DNA of 64,000 bases from a virus (Duplodnaviria > Caudoviricetes): IMG/VR virus record IMGVR_UViG_3300018079_000012, positions 560 through 64,559 of that record. One strand, written 5' to 3'. Shown piece by piece: positions 36,461 to 46,693 of this stretch (position 1 is the first letter of the stretch; the number at the start of each line of letters is the position of its first letter). The notes under the pieces are model-generated. The model worked only from the letters and a program-made list of their open reading frames with translations. It was not told the origin of the DNA and ran no database searches. The position numbers and the translations under genes were made by a program.

Positions 36461-37106
36461 TATGCTTGTTAAGGATTCAGAGGCTATCGAAAAAGCTCGG
36501 AAGTTAGCTAAACTAGAAGCGTACCGGGAGATGATCGAAAACTGGGCGCGGTTAGAAGCGGCGAACTGTCAGTATTTGCTTGACGAACGAACAGACCCGA
36601 CGTTTATACCCGGACGTATTGGGACGCCTATGACGCACGAAGAGTTAGAGCGAAAAGTCCGCCGATTAGTCCCTGGGATGCAATTTATCTACGGACCATT
36701 GACCGAGGTAAAAGGTACGAAGAAAATGGCGCTGACCGGCGCTGATGGAGCGGAGATCTGGTCGTGCGTTTACAACACCGGGATGCTTCCGGAACGGTCG
36801 ATTATGGCACGCGTGTCGAAGGACGTCTTAGATACGTCGAAAGCGACGTTTTGCCGAGCCGACCTGCCGAAGTACGAATTTGTACCGGGCGAGGGATATA
36901 GGTGGGACGATAGTACTCCGGCGCCCGGTTTCAAGCGAGTAGACCTGCCGTACAAAGAGATCCGGCGAGGTTGGCGGACCGTACTCTTGCGTCTGATCGT
37001 GGAAAACGTAGTCAGCGTCGATGCGATAGAGCGCGTTTTCCACTCCGACAACACACCGAACTGGCAGCAGCATACTGGGAAGAAAGATCACCGGTTGCCT
37101 TGGTAG
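36444..37106 (+). CDS. hypothetical protein
   Basis: 220 aa ORF in the late block. Confidence 0.65.
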   Translation: MNGKVNMLVKDSEAIEKARKLAKLEAYREMIENWARLEAANCQYLLDERTDPTFIPGRIGTPMTHEELERKVRRLVPGMQFIYGPLTEVKGTKKMALTGADGAEIWSCVYNTGMLPERSIMARVSKDVLDTSKATFCRADLPKYEFVPGEGYRWDDSTPAPGFKRVDLPYKEIRRGWRTVLLRLIVENVVSVDAIERVFHSDNTPNWQQHTGKKDHRLPW

Positions 37107-37134
37107 CCGGGGTAAAATTAGTTGAGGAGATAGT

Positions 37135-37506
37135 ATGGCTGAAATGAAGAACATCGAGTCCGCACCTGCTGGAGTTCCTGGAAACGAAGACATCCAACGT
37201 CGTTTAGCTTTGTTACAACTCAAGAAATTGGAGAAAGAGGTAACGGACGAAGCTGAGCACCAGGAGCAGTTGAAAAACTTCCGGCTGATGAACGCGTTGG
37301 ACGCGAAACGGAAGGAAGAAGAGAAACAGATGACGCAGCTTATGTGTAATCATCTGAAACCGAATAACGCGTCCGCTGTGGTTGGGTACCGCAGTCATCA
37401 ACACGTCGAGCAGTGGATTTGCCAGAACTGTTTCAAAGAATGGTTCGGCGCCGACGTTCCTCCGATGTTACGCCCGGCGCGGGAAAAAGTTGGCGGACCG
37501 TTGTAA
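37135..37506 (+). CDS. hypothetical protein, coiled coil plus CxH/CxxC
   Basis: SD GAGGAG; CNH...ICQNC. Confidence 0.65.
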   Translation: MAEMKNIESAPAGVPGNEDIQRRLALLQLKKLEKEVTDEAEHQEQLKNFRLMNALDAKRKEEEKQMTQLMCNHLKPNNASAVVGYRSHQHVEQWICQNCFKEWFGADVPPMLRPAREKVGGPL

Positions 37507-37516
37507 GGAGTTATAG

Positions 37517-38215
37517 ATGGCCGCTCTCTATCGCCCATCCGCTGCCTTCGACTTCGTGAAAACGATGGTGAAGAATCTTCCGCTCGAAGACGTTGGACCA
37601 GCGATTCTCGACCGCGTGAATAAAATCATGTGGATGGTGGCGCCGTGGCGATGGTCGTTAGGCGCGATGACCGAGATAACATTGACCACCAATACGCAGG
37701 ATTATCCTATCGCCGCACTTCCTGCGGACTTTCTGTATCTAATCGACGCATATATCACGGAAGGAGAACAGACACGGCCGATTACCGTTGTCCCGATTCT
37801 GCCGACGTTGGTTGGGACAAAAGGCTTCCCGAATAAAGTAGCTGTTACCGGCACGGCCGGGATGGCGGGGACAGCGCGATTTGCGCCCCGGCCTGGGACC
37901 GTCGTCACCCCGACTCCAAAGGTATATATGTTGTACAAGAAAACCGCGCCGACGATTAAGAACAGTAATCAGTCTACGGCCGGAGTTCTGGTAATGGACG
38001 ACGAGTGGTTCTGGGTGTACGAGTCCGGCGTACTCTGGATGTCTTACGCGTACGCAGACGATCAACGAGCGGGATCAGTGACGACTGATGCACAGGGACG
38101 TGCACAGTTCACGGCTCAACGCGGGGTATTTGAGGCGAATCTCGCGATTATGAAGACACGCGAGAAGATACCGGATATTAGTTTGTTCCCGACAACGCAG
38201 GTGGCGGAGAAGTAG
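37517..38215 (+). CDS. head-tail adaptor / tail tubular protein A-like
   Basis: PWRW...TQDY..LPADF...FAPRP...Y.K; paralog of the next gene. Confidence 0.65.
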   Translation: MAALYRPSAAFDFVKTMVKNLPLEDVGPAILDRVNKIMWMVAPWRWSLGAMTEITLTTNTQDYPIAALPADFLYLIDAYITEGEQTRPITVVPILPTLVGTKGFPNKVAVTGTAGMAGTARFAPRPGTVVTPTPKVYMLYKKTAPTIKNSNQSTAGVLVMDDEWFWVYESGVLWMSYAYADDQRAGSVTTDAQGRAQFTAQRGVFEANLAIMKTREKIPDISLFPTTQVAEK

Positions 38216-38229
38216 ACGGATAGCTGAAC

Positions 38230-38973
38230 ATGAAAACCTACACCTTCCTCGACGCTTGGAACATCGCGCGTAAACAAGTCACTTCGGCGACAGAAGCCGA
38301 TCACGCGGCGATAGTCTGTAACCTCGCGTTGAACGAGATCTGGAATTCATGGGACTGGCGAGAGGCGTTGGACGACTTGCCGCCGTTCTATCTAATCCCA
38401 TCCGAACAGGACCACGGAGCGCCCGCAGTGGTTATCCCGACGGACTTCATGGGACTCCGAGAAGCGTTCTTGATCTGTACAAACTCCGAACCGGCGTATC
38501 GGCAGGAGTTAGAAGTAATTAAAGACCTCCGGTTGATCCACGGACGGCAAATCCCTCATGCGATAGGCTATGAACCGTCGAAGAACGTGTTCCGATTGTT
38601 CCCGCGCGTACCTGATTCGTTTACTCCACCGCACTACATGGTAGACGGGATTTATAAGAAACGCCCGACTAAAATAACGTCAGACAACCTCTCGACTCCG
38701 TTACCGTTCGACGACGTGTTTTTGAGTGTATCCGTTGAAGCTATCAAATGGGCCGGGATGCGGATCGGGGGAGATCCGCGCGCCGGTGAAGTCCAGATCC
38801 GTCAGAACGGGCAACGCGTATACACCGGTCAGTACGCGATTATGAAAGAGCGGATCGAGGAAATGGCGCAGACAGAGGCCGTGGATCTTGGTAACCCAGT
38901 TATCGCTCCACGGGAAGCGTACCCGAGGACGCGGGGCGGGGGAAGTGGGACGTCGGGAGTATATTGGTATTAG
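38230..38973 (+). CDS. second adaptor-like paralog
   Basis: WDWR...EQDH..IPTDF...LFPRVP...YKK...D.RAG. Confidence 0.65.
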   Translation: MKTYTFLDAWNIARKQVTSATEADHAAIVCNLALNEIWNSWDWREALDDLPPFYLIPSEQDHGAPAVVIPTDFMGLREAFLICTNSEPAYRQELEVIKDLRLIHGRQIPHAIGYEPSKNVFRLFPRVPDSFTPPHYMVDGIYKKRPTKITSDNLSTPLPFDDVFLSVSVEAIKWAGMRIGGDPRAGEVQIRQNGQRVYTGQYAIMKERIEEMAQTEAVDLGNPVIAPREAYPRTRGGGSGTSGVYWY

Positions 38974-38982
38974 AGGTGAGTC

Positions 38983-39225
38983 ATGCCGCACGGAGTATAT
39001 GAGAGGCCGAGATTGATAGAGAACCCCGACGGAAAGATTGTCGATATGGACAAAGAGTGCCGCGAGGAACAGATGAAGTGTGAGAAGAAGTTACGGAAGC
39101 ACGGGCTGTGGGCGGGTGACGAAGAGATCGAGTCGTATCACTATAAATCTGTGCATATTATCTTCCCCGGCGACGATCCCGAGGCCGGTTACGAGAACTC
39201 CAATCCTCACAAAGGCCGGTACTAA
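38983..39225 (+). CDS. hypothetical protein
   Basis: SD GAGGTG. Confidence 0.55.
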   Translation: MPHGVYERPRLIENPDGKIVDMDKECREEQMKCEKKLRKHGLWAGDEEIESYHYKSVHIIFPGDDPEAGYENSNPHKGRY

Positions 39226-39313
39226 ATGCCCGCTAAGGTACTGAAGGGGTTCCGACCGCCTAAGAAACGCCGTCCAGTAAAGTCAGACGTGGAGAAACCG
39301 AAGGAAGAAGGTA

Positions 39314-39490
39314 GTGCCGCTAAATAAATACTTCGGCGGGCACGGGGACGTAGTCATGGCTGGGATGCGTAAAAAGTATGGTAAACGCGCAGAATCGGTG
39401 TTCTACGCAACGGCTAACGCTAAGCACCAGACGCCGAAGGAAAGATCCGGGCAATCTGAATTATCTCGCCCGCGCCGGAAACGCCGATAA
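39314..39490 (+). CDS. small basic phage protein (not in the ORF track)
   Basis: MPLNKYFGGHGDVVMAGMRKKYGKRAESVFYATAN...; KKYG...VFYA is common in podophage late regions. Confidence 0.55.
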   Translation: MPLNKYFGGHGDVVMAGMRKKYGKRAESVFYATANAKHQTPKERSGQSELSRPRRKRR

Positions 39491-39555
39491 GCACTTTGCA
39501 CACTCGTCGTCTGTCCTCGCCGATAAGCGATAATATATAGAGAAGGAGAGTTAAT

Positions 39556-39915
39556 ATGGCTTTAGAACCTGGAGCATTTGTAAATGTTTTTAGCGGTAAC
39601 CGCGTACACGTCGAAGGTCCCGGTAGTGGGCCAGTTGTGGTAGCGTCATCGAGTGATGTTAACGCTCCCAACGCCGCTCAAGTTGCGTTTGTCGTCAAGC
39701 AACTTGCCGCTGCTCGTGTGAAGATCGAACACGCTGGTTGGAACCCTGTGCCGTGGGTCCGGAAGTTCCGACCTCAGACGCAAGAGGAAGCGATTGCGTT
39801 ACTAGGACTCGCGCATGATCTGATGGACCCGGAACTGAGTCCGACCGATCTGGAGAATCTCTCCCGCGACGTTATTCGAGAGAACAAAGTTGCTAAGTTC
39901 TTCATGTTCGTTTAA
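39556..39915 (+). CDS. hypothetical protein
   Basis: SD AAGGAG. Confidence 0.6.
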   Translation: MALEPGAFVNVFSGNRVHVEGPGSGPVVVASSSDVNAPNAAQVAFVVKQLAAARVKIEHAGWNPVPWVRKFRPQTQEEAIALLGLAHDLMDPELSPTDLENLSRDVIRENKVAKFFMFV

Positions 39916-39923
39916 GGATCTTT

Positions 39924-40235
39924 ATGCCAGAAGTTAAACCGACCGACGAAAGTTTGATGGAGAAAATCCGGGCGTTTCTGTTCGCGCGTAAGGCGTTGGA
40001 AGACGCTGCTGGGACGTCGAAGCCGAAGTCTACCGGTGGACCGCTGGTACAAGACAACTCGTACTTGAAGAAACAGATCGCGTTACAAGAGGAGCGGAAG
40101 AAAAAGAGCACTGCTATTCCTATCATTCCTGCGCCTCCTCCTCAACCTCCGGTCGCCGGTTTACAGGAATTATCGAAACCACGAGCGAAGAAGAAACTAA
40201 CTATCGGCCGTATTACACAACCGAAGGAAGAGTAA
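39924..40235 (+). CDS. basic Pro-rich hypothetical protein
   Basis: SD AAGGA. Confidence 0.55.
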   Translation: MPEVKPTDESLMEKIRAFLFARKALEDAAGTSKPKSTGGPLVQDNSYLKKQIALQEERKKKSTAIPIIPAPPPQPPVAGLQELSKPRAKKKLTIGRITQPKEE

Positions 40236-40239
40236 ACAC

Positions 40240-40923
40240 ATGACCTCTTGGACCAGTCCTTTTCAGCAGCAACCTCGCCAGCAGAACGGCGGGGTAATAG
40301 AAGGACCTCCGCCAGAGTGGAATCCCGGCGGCGGAGGGATTGCGGGTCCTCTACCAAGCGGGACTCCGGGGAGTAATTATTTAGCTGGAGCTGGGACTAG
40401 GTTTGAGGGTCCTCCTCCGGGATGGAACCCAGGCGGATCGCTCCCCGTTAGAGAAGGTCCTCCACCGGAGTGGTCGGCTAAAATGAATCCGGCGATGTCG
40501 GTTCTATCCGGAACGTCTCCGAGTTTCACAAGGTCATCGATTGCTAAACGGGCGCCAGTACGACGGCCGCCGATAAGTAAGCCCTCTGTTTCGCGTCCAG
40601 GTGTACTAACTAAACCTCCGATCATGAAGAATAATCCGATGATGGAGCTTGCGGGGAATAAATTCCTTAGCACTCCGTTTTCCGGTGGTGGCGGATCGCC
40701 GGTTATAGAAGGACCACCGCCCGGTTGGAACCCAGGTGGAACGCCAGCGCCAGTAATTGAAGGCCCCCCTTCGGATTGGAGCCCGAGTGGTACATGGTCG
40801 CCGCAGAACCAAGCATTTATGCAAGTCGGCGGTAACAATGGAACCTTAGGGAATTTCGCTGGAGCGAATGGGCCTGCCGGACAGCAATTTCCCGGTGGCG
40901 CTTTAGGATATTGGGGCGGATAA
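40240..40923 (+). CDS. disordered G/P-rich protein with five EGPPxxW(N/S) repeats
   Basis: IEGPPPEWNPG, FEGPPPGWNPG, REGPPPEWS, IEGPPPGWNPG, IEGPPSDWSP. Confidence 0.65.
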   Translation: MTSWTSPFQQQPRQQNGGVIEGPPPEWNPGGGGIAGPLPSGTPGSNYLAGAGTRFEGPPPGWNPGGSLPVREGPPPEWSAKMNPAMSVLSGTSPSFTRSSIAKRAPVRRPPISKPSVSRPGVLTKPPIMKNNPMMELAGNKFLSTPFSGGGGSPVIEGPPPGWNPGGTPAPVIEGPPSDWSPSGTWSPQNQAFMQVGGNNGTLGNFAGANGPAGQQFPGGALGYWGG

Positions 40924-40924
40924 C

Positions 40925-42337
40925 ATGCCTGACGCGAATGGTTTTTGGACAGCGGCGGAACAAGCGGGGTATCGAGGCGCCGGTGACGGTGGAGAAGCGC
41001 CCGGTACGACCGACGAACAACGGCAAGCGACACGGGAACAGACGTACGGGACACAGACGTACACCGATCCGACTGGAAAAGCCGTGCGAGGCTGGGAAGG
41101 TTCGTGGCAGGCTGATCCGTTAGCCGGAGCAGCGGGCGGAAGTCTGTGGATGCCTGGTGAAGCCGGTAGGGATTGGGGTACCGGATCGGCGTCCCGCGCG
41201 AATCCCGCCGGGATGTCTACGTTTCTCCGCGATATAGCGCCCGATACATTTGGCGCGAACACAAATATCCAGAATATCCTCGGTGGTCGCGGGTTGTACG
41301 GCGGTATGTATAATCCGGGCGGCGAATCACCGGCGGGGAATGCGAATCTCTCACGTCCGATCCCGTCGCGTAGTCGGGCGCGCGCGGGATTACCAGCGGA
41401 CACTAATATGGCGGCGGCATCAGCTAACGCTGCACAACAGCAAGGGAATCAATTGTCTCCCGAGGCTTACCAGAACTTCCAGAACTGGTTCCAAGGCCGG
41501 ACGAACTGGGAGCCGGGGTCGGGAATGGTCGATACGACAAGTACGGCTCCATTTGACCCGCGTACCGGGCAATCGACCGGTGGTCCAGTTAGCTTCGGTG
41601 ATCTGTACCAAGGTCAGGGTGTCGGACCGCCAGTGGTCGGGCGTCAAGGTCAATCATTCTTACCGGGATATCAGAACCTAGGTATCGGGTACAACACTCA
41701 ACTAATGCAATCTAATCCCGGTCTGTTTATGGCCGAACTGCAACAGCAGCAGCTACAGAACCCCCGGCAGACCGTCTCAGGTACGCCAAGTCCATGGTTG
41801 CCTCCTCAGCTAACGGGCGGTCAGGCTATGAGTAACCCGGCCCCGGCCGCATATGCTCAGCAAGGGATACATCAGGGTCCAGGAGCATTCAGAGGTCCAG
41901 GAGGCGGTCAAGGACCAGGGATGGGTCCAGGAGGTCAGCCAGCCGGTCCTATGGGTCCGGGCCAAGGACCTCAACCGGGTCACCAAGGCGGACCGAGTGG
42001 CCAAAGTCAAGCTGGCAGTCAGCAGCAGCAGATGCTAATGAATTTCCTGTCTCAACTATTCGGCGGTGGTCAAGGTATGGGCGGAGGTTCGCCGTTCGGG
42101 AATCCCCTTAGCTTTGGCGGCCAAGGCGGACAACAAATGCAAGGCGTCGCGCAGTTACTCGCGTTTATTCAATCTCTACGCGGACAATTCGGCGGAGTCG
42201 GCCAATTCCAGCAACGTCCGCCAGCACGAGGTAATATATTTAGCGGACGCGGCGCTGGAAGTTATTTGTATCCGGCCGGATACGGACCTGCTCAGTCCCC
42301 GCGCGCTCCGGACGGCGGTCCTGCTTGGGGTCAGTAA
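40925..42337 (+). CDS. G/Q/P-rich low-complexity protein (internal virion candidate)
   Basis: 470 aa; GPGGGQGPG and poly-Q tracts. Confidence 0.65.
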   Translation: MPDANGFWTAAEQAGYRGAGDGGEAPGTTDEQRQATREQTYGTQTYTDPTGKAVRGWEGSWQADPLAGAAGGSLWMPGEAGRDWGTGSASRANPAGMSTFLRDIAPDTFGANTNIQNILGGRGLYGGMYNPGGESPAGNANLSRPIPSRSRARAGLPADTNMAAASANAAQQQGNQLSPEAYQNFQNWFQGRTNWEPGSGMVDTTSTAPFDPRTGQSTGGPVSFGDLYQGQGVGPPVVGRQGQSFLPGYQNLGIGYNTQLMQSNPGLFMAELQQQQLQNPRQTVSGTPSPWLPPQLTGGQAMSNPAPAAYAQQGIHQGPGAFRGPGGGQGPGMGPGGQPAGPMGPGQGPQPGHQGGPSGQSQAGSQQQQMLMNFLSQLFGGGQGMGGGSPFGNPLSFGGQGGQQMQGVAQLLAFIQSLRGQFGGVGQFQQRPPARGNIFSGRGAGSYLYPAGYGPAQSPRAPDGGPAWGQ

Positions 42338-42360
42338 ACCTTTAACGAAAGGGGGGTCCG

Positions 42361-44688
42361 TTGGCGTTCGTCACTCAACTCGACGCATTAGAGTTTACCT
42401 CGCTGGAGTTTCCTTATGACCGGATCACTAACGAACTAGAAGACTCACCGCCGCGTTTAGTCGATGGGCAAAATGTATATGTAATGCTCGGCGGGAAGCT
42501 GGCGAAACGTCCTGGTACATTAGAGATCGGGACTAACACGTCGGTAAACACACGCCGGGTCACTCGTACCTGGGAAGTAGAGACACTCGCGACTCCGCCG
42601 TTGATATTTATCCTCGCATCGGTGTACGATTCCGTTATCAGCAAATACCGGATGGAGTACATACGGCCGGACGCCGCAACACCAGCCTGGACGACACTTG
42701 GAGCGTTACGGGATATACACGAGAGCGTTTACCCGCACGAAGTCGTAGTGTCACGAGGTCTCGCGTATATTAAGGGTTTCCCGTCGGCGACAGGAGATAA
42801 ACTCGGTTCTGTCGTATTCGATGCGTCCACAGGGACCCCTATCGTCCGTCCATGGGGTTTACTTCCGCCTACCTCTCCAGCAGCAGCAGTAGGAGCTATA
42901 ACACGTTTGTCCGCCGCGATAAACGCCGTCACCACGACTATTCCCGTAGTCACCGACACTGGATTCCCAGCGGTTCCATTTATCATCCAAGTCGAGTTTG
43001 AACAAATGCAAGTTACCGCCGGTTTACCGGGAGTTTCGTGGACAGCGACTCGCGGGTTTAACGGGACGGTCGCGGCGATTCACGATAAAGACGTACCGGT
43101 GTTATGGAGAAACTGGTCGGCGTCCGATCATCAAGTAGACGTGAGTTTGTTCTGGCGTTACTCATATGTTAAGAAATCCGTTACTGGTCAGTACTCGTCG
43201 CGCGCGCCATTACAAACCAATCCCGATAAACTCCCGTCACAAACCGGTCCGTTCTTCGATCTGATCCCGAAGTTAACTATCACTGGGGACGCCGATACTA
43301 CTAACGTTCCGTCGTTAGTCGTTATGCGTTCCGAAGACGGCGGCGGTGCGTTGTATGAACTACGAACGTACACGAACACGGGCGCCGGATCGATTACCGT
43401 GGAAGATAAATTCTTGGAGTCAGGCGCGGCAGGTGGAACTTTTAACGATCCTACGCCGGACGAAGTTTTAAACCGAGGGCTTCGGTCACCGACGGAGATC
43501 GGAAATAACCCTCCGCCGACTGTCACCGGTACGTTAGTCGTCGGTACCGACGCGGTGAAACGTTCTACTCCTGTCGAACCGTACTCCGGACGTCTGTGGT
43601 TTGCGATTGATAATATTTTGTTCTTTAGTGGTCAGGAAGAAATACTTCTCGGCGTCCCAGAAGAATGTTGGGACTACTCCGCAACCGGCCGGTTCTTCCG
43701 GTTCCCGACGCAGATCACTAATATCAAAGCTACTAACGACGCGTTGTATGTGTTCACTATATCTGGCGCGACGTACCAAGTTACCGGGACGAACACCGCG
43801 ACGTTTAACTACCGGCCGTTATTCGATAACGTCGGGGCGCCATACGGACAACCAGCGGCGATAACACGCTTCGGCGGGACGATTGCGATGCTGACACACG
43901 ATCTTCGCGTGGTACTGATTGAAAACGACCAGTACTTGACGATCTCCGATCCGTTATTCACGGATCTAGTGGACGCCGCTAACGCCGGAGCGCGGTTCGA
44001 GATCGAGTATTTTGGGGATCTAGAGAAGGAATGGCTAGTAGTCGCGGCGCACAACGACGCCGATACGACGCTTAGTAAGCAATGGATTTATGACATCAAA
44101 CTCTCAGAGAAAAATAAACGGCACTTCTGGTCGCCGCCATGGAAGATTCGCTCGACCGCGATGTTCTCGTACCGGATCGCGGAAGGATCGTCGCAGCGGA
44201 GACTCTGTTTCTTCGTCTGGGACCAGACTGCGACGACTGGACGTTTGGTGCGGATCGACCCAACGGGGCGAACAGGAACCGACCCTCATCCGGAGACTGG
44301 TGTTGCAACGGGTTACTTCGTGGATTCTCGGACTAATTTGTTCCGAGTACCTCCGGGGAACCACGTGAATTCTCTGCGGCAGCCCGCTAGCGTTCCAGTC
44401 GCGTACGACGTCCGGATGGACCGGATGCAATTCACAGGTATAACTGAGATGCCCGATCAAGATCCGTTAGTGTACTACTACTGGGACGACTTCGGGAACG
44501 ATCCTATACAGACTAAACCGCGAGAAGAACCCGCTCGACGCGCGCAAAGCACCGGGTACCGGACGATGATATTCCCGATCTATACAACTGGCCAGCGGAT
44601 ATCTGTGCAGATCCGGAAACTTGCTAGTAAGGATCTTATGCAGATCTTAAATTTAACGGTCGTCTTCGCGCCGAACAGCGGGACGTAG
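42361..44688 (+). CDS. tail tubular B / packaged-DNA stabilisation protein
   Basis: LVDGQNVY...GKLAKRPG; YSGRLWF; LYVFT; ISDP; GQRISVQI. Confidence 0.75.
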   Translation: MAFVTQLDALEFTSLEFPYDRITNELEDSPPRLVDGQNVYVMLGGKLAKRPGTLEIGTNTSVNTRRVTRTWEVETLATPPLIFILASVYDSVISKYRMEYIRPDAATPAWTTLGALRDIHESVYPHEVVVSRGLAYIKGFPSATGDKLGSVVFDASTGTPIVRPWGLLPPTSPAAAVGAITRLSAAINAVTTTIPVVTDTGFPAVPFIIQVEFEQMQVTAGLPGVSWTATRGFNGTVAAIHDKDVPVLWRNWSASDHQVDVSLFWRYSYVKKSVTGQYSSRAPLQTNPDKLPSQTGPFFDLIPKLTITGDADTTNVPSLVVMRSEDGGGALYELRTYTNTGAGSITVEDKFLESGAAGGTFNDPTPDEVLNRGLRSPTEIGNNPPPTVTGTLVVGTDAVKRSTPVEPYSGRLWFAIDNILFFSGQEEILLGVPEECWDYSATGRFFRFPTQITNIKATNDALYVFTISGATYQVTGTNTATFNYRPLFDNVGAPYGQPAAITRFGGTIAMLTHDLRVVLIENDQYLTISDPLFTDLVDAANAGARFEIEYFGDLEKEWLVVAAHNDADTTLSKQWIYDIKLSEKNKRHFWSPPWKIRSTAMFSYRIAEGSSQRRLCFFVWDQTATTGRLVRIDPTGRTGTDPHPETGVATGYFVDSRTNLFRVPPGNHVNSLRQPASVPVAYDVRMDRMQFTGITEMPDQDPLVYYYWDDFGNDPIQTKPREEPARRAQSTGYRTMIFPIYTTGQRISVQIRKLASKDLMQILNLTVVFAPNSGT

Positions 44689-44692
44689 AGAT

Positions 44693-44968
44693 ATGCGAGC
44701 GGTAACCCTATTTCTGCTATTTTTCTTGACGCCAGAAGTCCTGCGCGCGCCAGAGAACGATTTTATCCGTCGTGTCGCGGCGTTCGAACGAGTTTGGGTC
44801 AAATTCATTAACCGGGTAGCGGGGTGTCCAGAAGGCCGGGTATTGATAGATCCGGCGTCGGAGTGCCGACCGGCCGTCGGTTTGATAGACTACAGGCTAT
44901 ATAGACAGTCTTGTTTGAAAGCCTCTGACCTATACAAATTCCCAGCGGACGTGTGCCGTGCCGAATAG
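44693..44968 (+). CDS. exported protein (signal peptide, Cys)
   Basis: MRAVTLFLLFFL; four Cys. Confidence 0.5.
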   Translation: MRAVTLFLLFFLTPEVLRAPENDFIRRVAAFERVWVKFINRVAGCPEGRVLIDPASECRPAVGLIDYRLYRQSCLKASDLYKFPADVCRAE

Positions 44969-46214
44969 TTATAAATCTCTGTCGGAGATAACTGGGAGAG
45001 TGAATCGGATCAACTCCGACTCGACCTTTGTGACCGAGATCGCGGTTAACCAATTAGGATCGGCGGAAGGAAGTCTGCTGCCGCCGAAGCAGAAAGGTCA
45101 ATTCCGGGTCCCGTTCGTGACCGGTTTGCGAGTCCTGAAACGCCGGACGTATTTGGCGGGCACGGAGTTTACTCTGACGTGGCAGGAGCCCGAAGGGCTC
45201 ACGAACATCGCTCATTACAATGTTTATGTCACTGGGTTGTTAGATAATAACAAAACTCCCCAAGGTCCGAGTACAGTACAACGTTCTCCTGCCGTAATCC
45301 GGTTAGTCAGCGGGTCGTTATCGCGGATATCGTTTATCGTTCAGACGCAGTTAAAGAACGGGATGGTTAGTGATCTGCGCGAGTCACCGACGGTTAGCTC
45401 CGAGACATTAGTCGCCGGTTTTGTGACCTCCGATCTTAACGGTATCGGTACGACTGGACAATTACTGACTTGGAACAGCACGGTCGCGACGTTGATCGGA
45501 CCGGGAGCGGTTAACGAGATATTGACGGGCGACGGCGCGGCGATCCCGGTGTTCCGAAGCCGGACGACTCTGGATTTAGTGGAAGGCCGGAGTAATCTGA
45601 CGACGGCGGATCGGTTAGTACTGGTCTCCTCGTCTGGAGTCGTTAAACAACTCGGGAGTCTTGGGACTACGACGACCGTACTGCACGGTAATGCCGCCGG
45701 ATCTCCGTCGTTCGGCGCCGTGTCGCTGACCGCCGACGTAACTGGGACCCTACCGGTCGCGAACGGCGGGACCGGTTCTACTAGCTTCACCGTTGGGTCA
45801 ATAGTGTTCTCAAATGGAACTATTCTGACCCAGGACAACGCCGGGTTATTCTATGACGACGCGACGGACCGATTAGGAGTCGGGACTATAACGCCGAAGT
45901 CCACGTTGGAATCCGGCGGGTCGTTTGGTCTGAAGGTTAAATCGATAGTCGTCGGCGATTCGCCGTATACCGCTGCGTCGGAGACTGTGATCCTCGCGAA
46001 CGCTACCGGCGGGAATATCACCGTTAACTTACCCGCTTTGTCGGGAGTCGCCGGACGCATATATAATGTGAAGAAAACCGACTCGTCGGCGAATACTGTG
46101 ACGCTGGACGGCAGTGGAGCAGAGACTATTGATGGCGCTGCGACCCAAGTTCTGACGACACAGTACCAAAGTCTTATGATTTTCGCTGGTCCGTCAGAGT
46201 GGAGTGTTATCTAA
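44958..46214 (+). CDS. tail fibre protein
   Basis: LTADVTGTLPVANGGTG; RLGVGT..P...L; ANATGGNITVNLP...VKKTD...ETIDG. Confidence 0.8.
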   Translation: MPNSYKSLSEITGRVNRINSDSTFVTEIAVNQLGSAEGSLLPPKQKGQFRVPFVTGLRVLKRRTYLAGTEFTLTWQEPEGLTNIAHYNVYVTGLLDNNKTPQGPSTVQRSPAVIRLVSGSLSRISFIVQTQLKNGMVSDLRESPTVSSETLVAGFVTSDLNGIGTTGQLLTWNSTVATLIGPGAVNEILTGDGAAIPVFRSRTTLDLVEGRSNLTTADRLVLVSSSGVVKQLGSLGTTTTVLHGNAAGSPSFGAVSLTADVTGTLPVANGGTGSTSFTVGSIVFSNGTILTQDNAGLFYDDATDRLGVGTITPKSTLESGGSFGLKVKSIVVGDSPYTAASETVILANATGGNITVNLPALSGVAGRIYNVKKTDSSANTVTLDGSGAETIDGAATQVLTTQYQSLMIFAGPSEWSVI

Positions 46215-46624
46215 TGAGTTATACATCGTTCGTACGATCCTATGCGCCGCAAGCGTTATCTACGTCGGCCGTGGACTTGACAGCCAACGGACTCACGAAC
46301 ATAGTGAATGAAACGGAAGCCGGGGTGCTGCACGCCGTTGGAGTCGCGATAAACACCGTCGTCCTTACCACCGCGACTGTAAACGTCGAGATCCAAGTAG
46401 ATGGCGGTAGTACAGTTTCTATACCGTTGTTCGCGGCGTCCGCTTCGTTCTCGGCGTCTTGGAAAGCGTTAACTGGATCTGGAGTATCGGGGGTTAACGA
46501 TTTTCGTACGCTGATTTTAAATGCGCCGTATACAACGTCTCTCCGCGTCGGGATAAACGTAACGACGGCAGCCGGGGTTACGGGGAATTTGCAGGCTACG
46601 GTACTTCGATCTAAGCGTGTTTAA
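46199..46624 (+). CDS. putative virion protein (start probably MSYTSF at 46214)
   Basis: A/V/T/S-rich beta protein. Confidence 0.55.
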   Translation: MECYLMSYTSFVRSYAPQALSTSAVDLTANGLTNIVNETEAGVLHAVGVAINTVVLTTATVNVEIQVDGGSTVSIPLFAASASFSASWKALTGSGVSGVNDFRTLILNAPYTTSLRVGINVTTAAGVTGNLQATVLRSKRV

Positions 46625-46693
46625 CGACTGCAAAGTACGATACCTAATCCTTAACAAACGCGGTAAAATAGAGAAGAAGAAGAGTTTCCGAAC

